64,000 nucleotides of DNA from a virus. Below the pieces are notes generated by a model. That model had not been told where the DNA came from, made no database searches, and saw only the letters and a list, made by a program, of their open reading frames with translations. The DNA lies in IMG/VR virus record IMGVR_UViG_3300028024_000105, positions 32,811 through 96,810 of that record. The stretch is one strand, 5' to 3'. The position numbers and the translations under genes are program-made. Position 1 is the first letter of the stretch. Every line of letters starts with the position of its first letter. Below are positions 1 through 8,661 of this stretch, piece by piece.

Positions 1-1
1 G

Positions 2-385
2 ACGAACTACTTCTTCACCGCCTGCAAGAACTGGGGCATCAACTACCTGAACAAGGAGCTGAAGACCATCGACCGGATGATGCCCATCGACGACCTGAAG
101 CTGGAGCCGGTCTACGAGGCGCGGTCGCACAAGGAGCAGCTCATTCAGGAGATCCGCGAGGAGTGCCTGGAGTTCATCCGCAGGCGCTTCACGAAGAAGC
201 ACGCCCAGCACGTGGCCGAGCGGTTCATGGAGGCCATTCTGCGCGGCGAGCGCCCCAGTTTCAACACGGGCAAGGTCGAGCGGTTCGCGCGCAGCCAGCG
301 ACAGCCAGCGAAAGACACTTACAGCATCGTCTTAATCAAGCTCCGCGAGCTGGTCTCCGAGCACATAGAAGAATTGACCGACTAG
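2..385 (+). CDS. 5'-truncated putative phage sigma-70-family / sigma-like transcription factor
   Basis: The frame is open from nt 2: TNYFFTACKNWGINYLNKE resembles sigma region 2.3-2.4 (F..Y....N...YL); C-terminal helical segment. The start lies outside the window. Confidence 0.45.
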   Translation, partial: TNYFFTACKNWGINYLNKELKTIDRMMPIDDLKLEPVYEARSHKEQLIQEIREECLEFIRRRFTKKHAQHVAERFMEAILRGERPSFNTGKVERFARSQRQPAKDTYSIVLIKLRELVSEHIEELTD

Positions 386-886
386 ATGTCTCGTACGACA
401 CACGGCCTGACCAAAGATCCGCTTGTACAGCAGCTTTATAGAGTGATTTACCGGGAAGCCAAACGCGACCTGATCAATGCCGCTGCACGCAAAAACTACC
501 ATCGTCGCCGACCTAAGTTTCTGCGCAAGAACAAACTGTACCGACAAAAGCACCCCGTCGAAGTGTTCAATAGACACCGCACACCACGTAATAGATACGT
601 CCGATTTCTGCGAAACGCCGGTCTCAGAGGTCACGTTGTCTCGATATCCTTCGAACACTTCAGAATTCTGATTCAAGAGCCTTGCTTCTATTGTGGTGGC
701 GACCTTCCTCCAACTGGCTGTGGCCTTGATCGCACAAACAGTAATTTGGGCTATACAAAATCCAACGTCGTGCCATGTTGCACAACCTGCAATATCGCGA
801 AACATACCATGAGCCCCGCCCAATACGTTGTGCACTGTCGTCGCGTCGTTTCCAAGAATGTTTCGCTTCAGCGTCTTACGAAGTAA
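386..886 (+). CDS. HNH endonuclease (putative homing endonuclease)
   Basis: PCFYCG...GLDRTNSNLGYTKSNVVPCCTTCNIAKH, a phage HNH/Zn signature; visibly more AT-rich than its neighbours. Confidence 0.85.
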   Translation: MSRTTHGLTKDPLVQQLYRVIYREAKRDLINAAARKNYHRRRPKFLRKNKLYRQKHPVEVFNRHRTPRNRYVRFLRNAGLRGHVVSISFEHFRILIQEPCFYCGGDLPPTGCGLDRTNSNLGYTKSNVVPCCTTCNIAKHTMSPAQYVVHCRRVVSKNVSLQRLTK

Positions 887-1314
887 TGGATAGCATCTTC
901 AGTCAGTATGCACGCCAGCACATCGAGCCCGCCGACTTCCTCGACCTGGTGTCGTATCGGAATCAACAACACAATATTACGAACCTTCGCGCCGTCGTCG
1001 GCGACGAGAAGTACATCCTGCTGCTGGACAAATTCAGTGGTTCATATACCCGCTTTCCTACCCCTCGCAATTCAATGCAGGCCGTGGACGACATCATGCT
1101 TGCCCAGCTCTGGGCAGACCTGAAGGACAAGGCCGGTCAGAAGGGCCTGGTCGAGTGGAACGAAGCGGAGACACGCTTCATCCGGCAGGCCGCCAAGATG
1201 GGCATGGAGTACCAGCAGGCCCATCGCCGCGCCGCGACCGTTCTGAAGGAGCTGATCAAGGCCCGCCAGTGGGCCAACATGCATGACGTCAACCGGGGCG
1301 GCACGCGCCCGTGA
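886..1314 (+). CDS. Mor-like transcription regulator (putative)
   Basis: ATG overlaps the upstream stop (TAATG). VVGDEKYILLLDKFSGSYTRFP resembles the Mor/C family motif 'G.e.a..L...fGG..iyfP'. Confidence 0.4.
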   Translation: MDSIFSQYARQHIEPADFLDLVSYRNQQHNITNLRAVVGDEKYILLLDKFSGSYTRFPTPRNSMQAVDDIMLAQLWADLKDKAGQKGLVEWNEAETRFIRQAAKMGMEYQQAHRRAATVLKELIKARQWANMHDVNRGGTRP

Positions 1315-1868
1315 AGACCCCGCTCCGATCCTTTCTCCGTCCGGACGCCTACGCGCCGTTCTTCAGCTTCGGACGCCGGATAGCATCGCCCGAAGCCTTC
1401 TTCCATGGTCTCAAGTTCCGGCACGGATCGCCATTGCAGAGCGCGGTCATGATGGAGCGCGAGTTGGCGCAGTACCGTGGCCGCCCGTTCGCTCGCCGGA
1501 CCTATATCTTCGCGGGCTTCCACTTCGGCGTCGACACCCTAGAGCACTATCTCCTGCTCAAGACCGTGATGCGCAGCAAGTTGACCCAGCACAAGCAAGA
1601 GCTGCTGTGGTTGATGGACGACACGGTCCTGGAGGACTACGGCCGCCTAGGCGGCTGGCACGGAGACGGCTTCGGAGGTCCCGAGTACGCTCGGATCATC
1701 CGCGAGCTGCGACAGGAGTTCCAGTGCCGTCTCGAGGAGACCGGCTCCATCAACTTCACATCCGCCAGCGAATTCAGCGCCATGACGAACAGGCAGTTCT
1801 TGTTCGGCGACACCCACGGCGTGCGTCCGCACCACAAGAGGCGAGCCCATGAGTCAGTTCAAGGTTGA
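1311..1868 (+). CDS. hypothetical protein
   Basis: 185 aa ORF, GTGA overlap with the upstream gene, phage-like codon bias. Confidence 0.7.
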   Translation: MKTPLRSFLRPDAYAPFFSFGRRIASPEAFFHGLKFRHGSPLQSAVMMERELAQYRGRPFARRTYIFAGFHFGVDTLEHYLLLKTVMRSKLTQHKQELLWLMDDTVLEDYGRLGGWHGDGFGGPEYARIIRELRQEFQCRLEETGSINFTSASEFSAMTNRQFLFGDTHGVRPHHKRRAHESVQG

Positions 1869-2862
1869 GATCGTCCGCGTCGGCAAGATCGGCAAGCACC
1901 CCAACGCCGACACTCTGTCGGTCACGCACGTGTTCGATTTCCCCGTGGTGTTCCGGACCGGAGACTTCATCGAAGGCCAGAAGGCTGTCTACGTGCCCGT
2001 GGACTCGCTCGTGCCCACTGATCGGCCGGAGTTCGAATTCCTGAAGGAAGAAGGCAAGACGCACGCGCGGATCAAGGCCAAGAAGCTGCGCGGCATCTTC
2101 TCGATGGGCATGATCGTCCCGATCTGCGTTGCGACGTTCGGCGAGCGTTGCGCGGAGCTGGGTGACAACGTCGCCGAGCTGCTGGGCGTCACCAAGTACG
2201 AACCCGAAGTCCCGATGCACTGGGGCGGCCAGAACGAGCGCGACCCCGGCTTCATCCCGGTCTACACCGACATCGACCATTACCGCCGGTATCCCGACAT
2301 CCTGCAACCCGGAGAAAACGTCATCGTGACGGAGAAGCTGCACGGCGCCAACGCCCGCTTCACCTTCCACGAGGGACGGCTGTGGGTCGGCTCGCACAAC
2401 TGCATCAAGCGAGACGCGCCCGAAAGCATGTGGTGGAACATGGCCCGGAAGTACCAGCTCGCCGAGCGACTGGCCAAGTTCCCCGGCCATGTCTTCTACG
2501 GCGAGGTCTACGGCCACGTGCAGGACCTGAAGTACGGCTCGAAGGGGCCTGTCGACACCTGGTTGCGGTTCTTCGACGTCTTCAAGTGGAGCACCGGCAG
2601 CTACGCCGACCAAGACGAGACGGCCAACATCATCCTGGGGCTGGGCCTGAACATGGTGCCGCTGCTCTACGTCGGCGGCTGGCAGCCCGAGTTCATCCTC
2701 CCTCTGGCCGACGGATCGACGACGCTCGGAGGCCAGTGCATTCGTGAAGGCATCGTGATCAAGCCCGCCAAAGAGCGGCGAGACGACCGGCTCGGCCGCG
2801 TCATCCTGAAGCACGTCAGCGAAGGATACCTCACGCGGAAATCCGGAACCGAATACCACTAG
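1849..2862 (+). CDS. RNA ligase, DRB0094-like family (N-terminal OB-like domain + nucleotidyltransferase)
   Basis: N-terminal KHPNADTL; motif I TEKLHGAN; FYGEVYG; FFDV; EGIVIKP; ILKHVSEGYL. Confidence 0.9.
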   Translation: MSQFKVEIVRVGKIGKHPNADTLSVTHVFDFPVVFRTGDFIEGQKAVYVPVDSLVPTDRPEFEFLKEEGKTHARIKAKKLRGIFSMGMIVPICVATFGERCAELGDNVAELLGVTKYEPEVPMHWGGQNERDPGFIPVYTDIDHYRRYPDILQPGENVIVTEKLHGANARFTFHEGRLWVGSHNCIKRDAPESMWWNMARKYQLAERLAKFPGHVFYGEVYGHVQDLKYGSKGPVDTWLRFFDVFKWSTGSYADQDETANIILGLGLNMVPLLYVGGWQPEFILPLADGSTTLGGQCIREGIVIKPAKERRDDRLGRVILKHVSEGYLTRKSGTEYH

Positions 2863-2886
2863 ACGCGAGCGTCCTACGGAGAAGAG

Positions 2887-3114
2887 ATGAAGTTGCTGGC
2901 CGTTCTTCTTGCTGTTTTGTTCTGCTTCACGTGCTGGGCCGTCCTCTCGTTCGTGATGGCTGTGCCTTTCATGCTGATCTGGAACTACGCCATCACGCAC
3001 GCGTTTCATGCGCCGGAGCTGGGGTACTGGCACGCCTACTGGCTCTTGATCTTCGGCTCTCTGTTCGTCATCAGGCCCAACACGGAACTCAATCGAGATG
3101 TACGCAAGACTTAA
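2887..3114 (+). CDS. small membrane protein
   Basis: Two hydrophobic segments; CGTCCTAC motif upstream at 2870. Confidence 0.65.
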   Translation: MKLLAVLLAVLFCFTCWAVLSFVMAVPFMLIWNYAITHAFHAPELGYWHAYWLLIFGSLFVIRPNTELNRDVRKT

Positions 3115-3361
3115 GACCTGGGACGGCTTCGAGAAGATCGAGCCGCTCAGTGGAGCACCGCCCCTCACCATTCGGATCAGCAGAAGTCATCGGGAATGCG
3201 GACGTCACCCGAAGTGGACGGTCAAGACCTACACCGAGGAGATCGCGGAGCAGAAGGCGTGCTGCTTCAACGACACGTTCGGTCGCCTGCCCGACCGGGT
3301 CTTCAAGCTGAAGAAGGTCGAGGGCCTGCTCGCCGAATACGAGGAAGAGACCAGAATATGA
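3098..3361 (+). CDS. hypothetical protein
   Basis: ORF in a tightly overlapping gene string. Confidence 0.6.
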   Translation: MYARLKTWDGFEKIEPLSGAPPLTIRISRSHRECGRHPKWTVKTYTEEIAEQKACCFNDTFGRLPDRVFKLKKVEGLLAEYEEETRI

Positions 3362-3615
3362 GACCCCTGATCGAGCTGCCGTCCACGAGCACCATCGCCG
3401 GGCCGAAGATTTACATCAACCCCGATCACATCAGCGCGGTCGAGATCAACGAGCCCAACGTGATCATCCGGCTGTTCGGATACAGCTACGACTACTACGA
3501 CCAGAACAAAGCCAAAGCGCTGGCGGCCCTGATCGAGGCGCGAGTGATCCCCGGCAAGCCCGATGATCTGCCGGAGCCCACCGAGAAACCCATCACCCTG
3601 GAGCTGCGGAAATGA
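3358..3615 (+). CDS. hypothetical protein
   Basis: ATGA overlaps at both ends; start reassigned to MRPLIELP. Confidence 0.6.
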   Translation: MRPLIELPSTSTIAGPKIYINPDHISAVEINEPNVIIRLFGYSYDYYDQNKAKALAALIEARVIPGKPDDLPEPTEKPITLELRK

Positions 3616-4400
3616 AGAAGCTCGACGACGATGTGGTTGGCGTCCTTTCGCGCCTGAGCTACGACGAGAACGACGGAGCGACCGTCGCCTTCATCACGGA
3701 CGGCCAGCTCGACCCCAAGCTCTACAAGAAGCTCAACGAGGTCCTAGTCTCCTTCGGCGGGAAGTGGAACCGGAAGGTCAAGGGCCACATCTTCGCCGAG
3801 AACCCGCACGACAAGATCGACGGTGTCATCCTGTCGGGCGAGTTCGTCGACTCCCACGCGTTCGACTTCTTCGAGACGCCGTTCTCCCTCGCCCAGCGCA
3901 TGGTCGGAGAGGCGGGCATCGCGAACCTGAAGGACGGCGGCCGAGTCCTGGAGCCGTCGGCCGGTCGCGGCTCCATCGCCGACGCCATCATGGCGGTCAT
4001 CCCGGTCCTGAACTCGTGGACGTTCACGATGTGCGAGCTGCGAGAGGACAACCGGAAGGTGCTCGAGGAGAAGGGCTACAAGGTCGGCCCCTACGACTTC
4101 ATGGGGGTATCAGGTCCCGACGACCTGGACAGAGGCGGCTACGACGCCATCGTGATGAATCCCCCGTTCTCGAAGCAGCAGGACATCGAGCACGTGCTGC
4201 ACGCCTACCAGATGCTCCGGCCCGGCGGCAAGCTCGTCGCCATCATGTCGGCCGGAGTCAAGTGGCGCGAGAACAAGCGGGCGCAGGCGTTCCGCGACCG
4301 GCTCAACGAGTGCGGGTACTTCAGCGACCTGCCCCAAGGCACCTTCAAATCGAGCGGCACCATGGTCAACGCGGTCATGGTGACCATGAACAAGGAGTAG
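3612..4400 (+). CDS. N6-adenine (amino) DNA methyltransferase-like protein
   Basis: DFFETP, VLEPSAGRG (motif I), IVMNPPF (motif IV), TFKSSGTMV. Confidence 0.85.
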   Translation: MKKLDDDVVGVLSRLSYDENDGATVAFITDGQLDPKLYKKLNEVLVSFGGKWNRKVKGHIFAENPHDKIDGVILSGEFVDSHAFDFFETPFSLAQRMVGEAGIANLKDGGRVLEPSAGRGSIADAIMAVIPVLNSWTFTMCELREDNRKVLEEKGYKVGPYDFMGVSGPDDLDRGGYDAIVMNPPFSKQQDIEHVLHAYQMLRPGGKLVAIMSAGVKWRENKRAQAFRDRLNECGYFSDLPQGTFKSSGTMVNAVMVTMNKE

Positions 4401-4403
4401 ACG

Positions 4404-4688
4404 ATGTCCGCAGTGAATCATCCCTCCCACTACGGCGGCGACACCACCTACGAAGTCATCAAGGTCATCCGGGCCTGGGGCCTGATGAACAACGCCTGCC
4501 GCTTCAACGCCATCAAGTACATGGCGCGCGCCGGAAAGAAGAACGACGACGTGCTGCAGGAGCTGGAGAAGGCGCGCTTCTACCTGGACTACGAGATCAA
4601 GATGCTCAAGGAAGCACGCGACGCGCAGGCCAAGAAGATCGAGGTCGCGGTCGAGCAGTCGCTGCCCGCGAGCAACGACAATGCGTAG
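4404..4688 (+). CDS. DUF3310-like protein
   Basis: VNHPSHYG...NAIKYMARAGKK...ELEKARFYL. Confidence 0.85.
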   Translation: MSAVNHPSHYGGDTTYEVIKVIRAWGLMNNACRFNAIKYMARAGKKNDDVLQELEKARFYLDYEIKMLKEARDAQAKKIEVAVEQSLPASNDNA

Positions 4689-5130
4689 GCCCAGCGTCTT
4701 CCCGGCCGACATCGGCTGGCGAGTCTGGAAGCCCCATGAGAAGACCCTGCGCTGCTTCCAACTGGAGCACGCACTCTGGTCCCATCGCAACTTCCCGGGC
4801 AGCCGGAAGAATCCGATGCACGGCTTCATGGGGATGGTCGAGGAGCTGGGCGAACTCTCGCACGCCCTACTTAAGAGCGCGCAGGGAATCCGAGGCAGCA
4901 AGGCCGAGCACGAAGCGGCAGCCAAGGACGCGGTCGGCGACATCCTGATCTACATGATGGACTTCTGCACCAAGAAGGGCTGGAGTCTGCAGGACATCCT
5001 CACGGAGACCTGGGCCGAGGTCGGCCAGCGCGACTGGACCAAGCACAAGAAGACCGGCAAAAAGGTCGGCAGGAAAACACCAGCCAAGCGCGCAAAGCGC
5101 CAGTACCCACGGACAAGCATCTGTAGGTGA
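4681..5130 (+). CDS. MazG-like NTP pyrophosphohydrolase
   Basis: GMVEELGELSH...KDAVGDILIY (EExGE / DxxGD). Confidence 0.8.
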   Translation: MRRPSVFPADIGWRVWKPHEKTLRCFQLEHALWSHRNFPGSRKNPMHGFMGMVEELGELSHALLKSAQGIRGSKAEHEAAAKDAVGDILIYMMDFCTKKGWSLQDILTETWAEVGQRDWTKHKKTGKKVGRKTPAKRAKRQYPRTSICR

Positions 5131-5281
5131 TCGGCAATCCAACATACCTGCGCCCCAGCGTCCTACTGGGCATGCACTTCTGAGTGGACGAACTCCGGCA
5201 GGCGGCGCCTGTCGTGGTTGCGATGATCGCGGCGGCCCGCGTGTGCTACTGCTGGCTCCGCGACAAGATCAAGGGGAAGCC

Positions 5282-5497
5282 GTGACCGATCTGTGCTGGC
5301 GCGATGACCTGCAGCTCCTAGAGCTGGCTGCGAAGGCGGTCTGCCTTCCCTGCAGGCAGTTGATGCCACTCAAGAATCAGAACGTCCACGAGGTCGCGCC
5401 CAACGGCATCAGCGTCTTTTGCTCGGCCGCACCGATCAACGAGCTGATGGAGATCCGTATGATCACGGGAGTTCCCGGGGCCTGGTGGTCGTGCTGA
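5282..5497 (+). CDS. hypothetical protein with Cys/His ligands
   Basis: CLPC...H...C; GTGA overlap. Confidence 0.5.
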   Translation: MTDLCWRDDLQLLELAAKAVCLPCRQLMPLKNQNVHEVAPNGISVFCSAAPINELMEIRMITGVPGAWWSC

Positions 5498-5799
5498 ACA
5501 GAATTCGCGCCAGCCAATCCATCCGACAGCCTGCCCTGATCGTGCTGGAGGCTCTGTTGATGGGCATGCCCATCAAGATCGGCAAGGACGAGTACCATCT
5601 CAACGACGGCGTCTTCGGAGTCCGTCGAACCCGCCACACCATCGGCAGGCCCGAGCTGGACGAGGAAGTCTTGCTCCGCGTCGATGTCACCATCCCCGGA
5701 TTCATCCACATGTGTGAGAAGCTCTCGCCGCAGGAGCTGCTCGAGATCGCCGCGAACATCGGCCTGAATCGGGTGAAATCGAATAGGCGCCGAATCTAG
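5491..5799 (+). CDS. hypothetical protein
   Basis: GTG start, phage codon bias. Confidence 0.6.
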   Translation: MLNRIRASQSIRQPALIVLEALLMGMPIKIGKDEYHLNDGVFGVRRTRHTIGRPELDEEVLLRVDVTIPGFIHMCEKLSPQELLEIAANIGLNRVKSNRRRI

Positions 5800-5828
5800 G
5801 AAACGGATAGGCGGCAGGGACGTCTTAT
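5800..5828 (+). promoter_or_regulatory. class I (ECF-type) promoter GAAAC-N16-CGTCTTA
   Basis: Member of a recurring GTAAC-N16-CGTC motif family; overlapped by the palindrome TATCTGC-aca-GCAGATA. Confidence 0.65.
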
Positions 5829-5864
5829 CTGCACAGCAGATACGATCAGAAAGGAAGGCCGCAG

Positions 5865-6041
5865 ATGAATCCGAATCAGAGCGAGAACCTGAAGCAGCAG
5901 CACGAGCGGAACGAGGCCGAGATCGCGCGTGGCGAAGCGGAGTATCGGCGTTCCATCGAGGCCCAGTACGAAGGCGGCGACGGCTTCGCCCCGGCGCATG
6001 ATCCTGAGTGTTGCGACTGCGAAGAGTGCCGTTTTTCGTAA
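5865..6041 (+). CDS. small hypothetical protein (58 aa, C-terminal HDPECCDCEEC)
   Basis: Strong SD (AGAAAGGAAGG); below the ORF-track cutoff, translated by hand. Confidence 0.6.
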   Translation: MNPNQSENLKQQHERNEAEIARGEAEYRRSIEAQYEGGDGFAPAHDPECCDCEECRFS

Positions 6042-6056
6042 GACGGCAAGAACCAT

Positions 6057-6273
6057 GACTCCACTGAGTGGGGAGCCTCTGGTGCTGGGATCGCATCCCA
6101 CCTAGGCCACGGCCGGACTCTGGGTAGCCAATCCTGGGTCCAGATCGCGAGTGGACTGGGCGACAGAGAATAAGCGCCCCCGGGATTGCACGAGTTCTAG
6201 ACTCCCGTGCAAGAGCAAGGGTGACGAAACCCCGCCTGATGGCGGGCGAAAAGGCTCCCCACTCAGTGGATTC
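6057..6273 (+). ncRNA. candidate structured ncRNA, multi-branch with a perfect 19-bp closing stem
   Basis: 6060-6078 TCCACTGAGTGGGGAGCCT is the exact reverse complement of 6252-6270; at least 5 internal hairpins; intergenic. Confidence 0.65.
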
Positions 6274-6301
6274 GACAAGGTAAAGAGAAGGAATACGATC
6301 T

Positions 6302-6478
6302 ATGCCGAAACGCGATGGATTGGTCGATGCCGCCAAAGCTGCGATTGACGAGGTCTTCGGCGACACCAGCGTCAGCAAGGAGCAGACCCTGGATCGGATG
6401 AACGAACTCAGCAACCACATCGAGTCGTCGATTAGCTGCCTGGAGGAAGACATCAAGCGCGAGGCCCGGGACGAGTAG
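6302..6478 (+). CDS. small hypothetical protein (58 aa)
   Basis: SD GAAGGA; MPKRDGLVDAAKAAIDEVFGDTSVSKEQTL... Confidence 0.65.
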   Translation: MPKRDGLVDAAKAAIDEVFGDTSVSKEQTLDRMNELSNHIESSISCLEEDIKREARDE

Positions 6479-6497
6479 ACGTGCGAAGGAGGAGTCG

Positions 6498-6794
6498 ATG
6501 AAGAAGCCCATTATCCGGACCGTCCAAGGCATGCGGATCATCACGTGGCCGCAGACCGACGGCGGCACGCACATCGAGGTCTGCCCGTTCAAGGACGAGG
6601 ACCTGCATTCGGTCACGATCTACCAGCACGCGAGCGTCACGCTGTGGGGCCGCAAGAAGGTCGACAAGGCCGAGGTCAACTGGGGCACCTGGGGCCCGGA
6701 AACGCCCCGGCGCGCTCGGCAGTTCGCGCGGGCCGTGCGGCTGGCCAGCACCATGGCAGACGAGATCAACGCCAAGATGGTGGTGACGACGTGA
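6498..6794 (+). CDS. hypothetical protein
   Basis: SD AAGGAGGAG. Confidence 0.7.
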   Translation: MKKPIIRTVQGMRIITWPQTDGGTHIEVCPFKDEDLHSVTIYQHASVTLWGRKKVDKAEVNWGTWGPETPRRARQFARAVRLASTMADEINAKMVVTT

Positions 6795-7000
6795 ACCGCG
6801 AGCCGGTCCAGTCGTCGAACGTCGTCTCCGTGGGCTACGACGCCCTGGGCGAGATCCTCGAGATCGAGTTCAAAGGCGGCGCCGTCTACCAGTACAAGCA
6901 GGTTCCGCTGCACATGTACGAGCAGCTCAAGGCGTCCGAGTCGGTCGGCTCGTTCATCGCCGGGCAGATCAAGCCGAACTACAACTGCGTGCGGATGTGA
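6791..7000 (+). CDS. KTSC domain protein
   Basis: VQSSNVVSVGYD...LEIEFKGGAVYQYKQVP...Y..L..SESVGSF. Confidence 0.9.
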   Translation: MNREPVQSSNVVSVGYDALGEILEIEFKGGAVYQYKQVPLHMYEQLKASESVGSFIAGQIKPNYNCVRM

Positions 7001-7233
7001 GGAAGCGCCACATCACCGTCACTGTCAGCGGCCCGCCGAGATCGGGCAAGAGCACGGTGGCGGTCACCATCGCGGCCTACCTCAACGCCGTGCCCGGCTG
7101 TCGCGTGAAGTTGGAGGACTCCGACTCGACCGCCGCGCTGGCCACGAAGTACGAGCACGCCCGGCAGATCCTGCGCAACAGCAGCGTGACGATCAAGACC
7201 AAGAACTGGGAGCCCATGCCGGGAGAACGATGA
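6997..7233 (+). CDS. small P-loop-containing protein
   Basis: VSGPPRSGKST Walker A in a 78 aa ORF. Confidence 0.55.
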   Translation: MRKRHITVTVSGPPRSGKSTVAVTIAAYLNAVPGCRVKLEDSDSTAALATKYEHARQILRNSSVTIKTKNWEPMPGER

Positions 7234-7586
7234 AGACCTGCGTCGAGATGCTCTGCGAGAACTACGGCACCTACATGCCGTACACGCACGAGCACGAGCT
7301 GCGCCTGGACCGGCCCAAGCGGATGGAATTCACGGGCCTGTTCGACAGCCAAGGCGCGCCGCTCTATGAGGGCGACATCCTGCTGGAGTACATCAACGAT
7401 TACTTCGGGAACGCTCCGGCCGTGGTACACTGGGCCCCGGACAAGGGAGCCTGGATCAGCTTCGGCGCCTACGACGGGGGCGGCGCCCATTCCAGCCTGA
7501 ATGGAGAGCACTTCAGGCGGCACGAGAAGATCGGGAGCATCGAGACCACCCCGCACTGGTACTTCCCGGCCAAGAAGCGCGCCTAG
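7230..7586 (+). CDS. YopX-family protein
   Basis: FTGLFDSQGAPLYEGDIL...EKIGSIE. Confidence 0.75.
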   Translation: MKTCVEMLCENYGTYMPYTHEHELRLDRPKRMEFTGLFDSQGAPLYEGDILLEYINDYFGNAPAVVHWAPDKGAWISFGAYDGGGAHSSLNGEHFRRHEKIGSIETTPHWYFPAKKRA

Positions 7587-7599
7587 GCATCGGATTCCT

Positions 7600-7628
7600 G
7601 TAACGGGAGAGCAGATAGGCCGTCTCAT
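7600..7628 (+). promoter_or_regulatory. class I promoter GTAAC-N16-CGTCTCA
   Basis: Exact motif with a 16-nt spacer; GCAGATA box inside the spacer. Confidence 0.65.
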
Positions 7629-7653
7629 GAGTATGAACGGAAAGGGATTGACG

Positions 7654-7791
7654 ATGAAGACGACCTTCAAGACCCTGCGGCAGTGGATCGAGTCGAAGTA
7701 CGGCCGGGGCGTGGTGACCGACATCCGGAAGCTGCCGCGCCAGACCCAGCGCTACCTTCGCTCGCAGTGGCAGGAAGAGGGCAACGCATGA
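7654..7791 (+). CDS. small hypothetical protein
   Basis: SD GAAAGGGA; alternative in-frame ATG at 7633. Confidence 0.55.
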   Translation: MKTTFKTLRQWIESKYGRGVVTDIRKLPRQTQRYLRSQWQEEGNA

Positions 7792-8135
7792 GCCACACCC
7801 CCGGCCCCTGGAAGGTCATCAACACGAACGGCTGCAAGGGCATCGGCTACAAGCCGGGCCGGAACCCCAATCCACAGACGCAGTACCGGGAACTCTTCAC
7901 CACGGTGGGGCTCTGCGCGACCGACGAGGCAGAGGCCGAAGACCTGGCCAACGCCCGCCTCTGCGCCGCCGCCCCCGAGCTGCTGCAGTACCTCAAGGGC
8001 ATGATCGAGCGCTTCGAGGAGAAGGCCGGGGAACGCCCGCACAAGTTCTGCGGCTGCACCTACTGCTTCGCCATCGCGGCGGTCGTCAAGGCCGAGAAAG
8101 GCACCCCCATGCCGAAGGTCGAGCGGCCCACATGA
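7788..8135 (+). CDS. conserved phage hypothetical protein
   Basis: MSHTPGPW...ANARLCAAAPELL, a widespread phage early-protein motif. Confidence 0.75.
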   Translation: MSHTPGPWKVINTNGCKGIGYKPGRNPNPQTQYRELFTTVGLCATDEAEAEDLANARLCAAAPELLQYLKGMIERFEEKAGERPHKFCGCTYCFAIAAVVKAEKGTPMPKVERPT

Positions 8136-8479
8136 AGCGCACCGAGACGGACAAGGGACTCTGCAGCCATTACCGGTTCACCGTCGGCGCCTACAAGAAG
8201 TGGTGCACCCGCAAGTCCGTCGTGACCGAGGACGGCCGGGAATGGTGCCGCCAACACGCCCCCAGCAGCTACAAGAAGCGCCGGGACGCCAGCAGTGCGG
8301 AGATCAAGCGGAGGATCATCGGGTACGGACGGGTCGACGAGATCCACCGCGCGCAGGACGCTGTCGTCGAGGCCGCCAAGGCATGGAGGAAGGCGGGAGA
8401 GGAGACCCTAGCCGACGCCGTGGCCAACCTAGTGGAGGCTGTCGAGGTCCTGGAGAAGCTCGAGGACCCGAAGCCGTGA
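8132..8479 (+). CDS. hypothetical protein
   Basis: ATGA overlap; C..C..WCRQH. Confidence 0.65.
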   Translation: MKRTETDKGLCSHYRFTVGAYKKWCTRKSVVTEDGREWCRQHAPSSYKKRRDASSAEIKRRIIGYGRVDEIHRAQDAVVEAAKAWRKAGEETLADAVANLVEAVEVLEKLEDPKP

Positions 8480-8661
8480 ACCGCCGCCGCTTCCTGACCC
8501 TCGCCGCCGGGGCAGCAGCTCTCCCGCTAGTGCCCCTGCCCGCCATCCTACCCACCCCCAACATCTGGATCTGGTCTGGCCTGCAGATCCTCGCACAGCG
8601 GGAACGCGCGATGCGGGAGAACAGAGTGATCATCACGGCCAACCAGCAGCCGAGAGGATAA
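8476..8661 (+). CDS. small protein with a twin-arginine signal-like N-terminus
   Basis: (M)NRRRFLTLAAGAAALPL; GTGA overlap. Confidence 0.55.
   Translation: MNRRRFLTLAAGAAALPLVPLPAILPTPNIWIWSGLQILAQRERAMRENRVIITANQQPRG

Noticed and set aside
3563-4948. Long Arg/Pro/Gly-rich same-strand alternative-frame ORFs (also 37854-39005, 51269-52240)
   Set aside because: Composition typical of off-frame GC-rich sequence; unlike the nested MTase frame they carry no recognisable motif
6219-6252. Hammerhead ribozyme suggested by CTGATG and CGAAA
   Set aside because: The core needs CUGANGA with stem II before GAAA; here CTGATGG lies within a hairpin and the order does not fit
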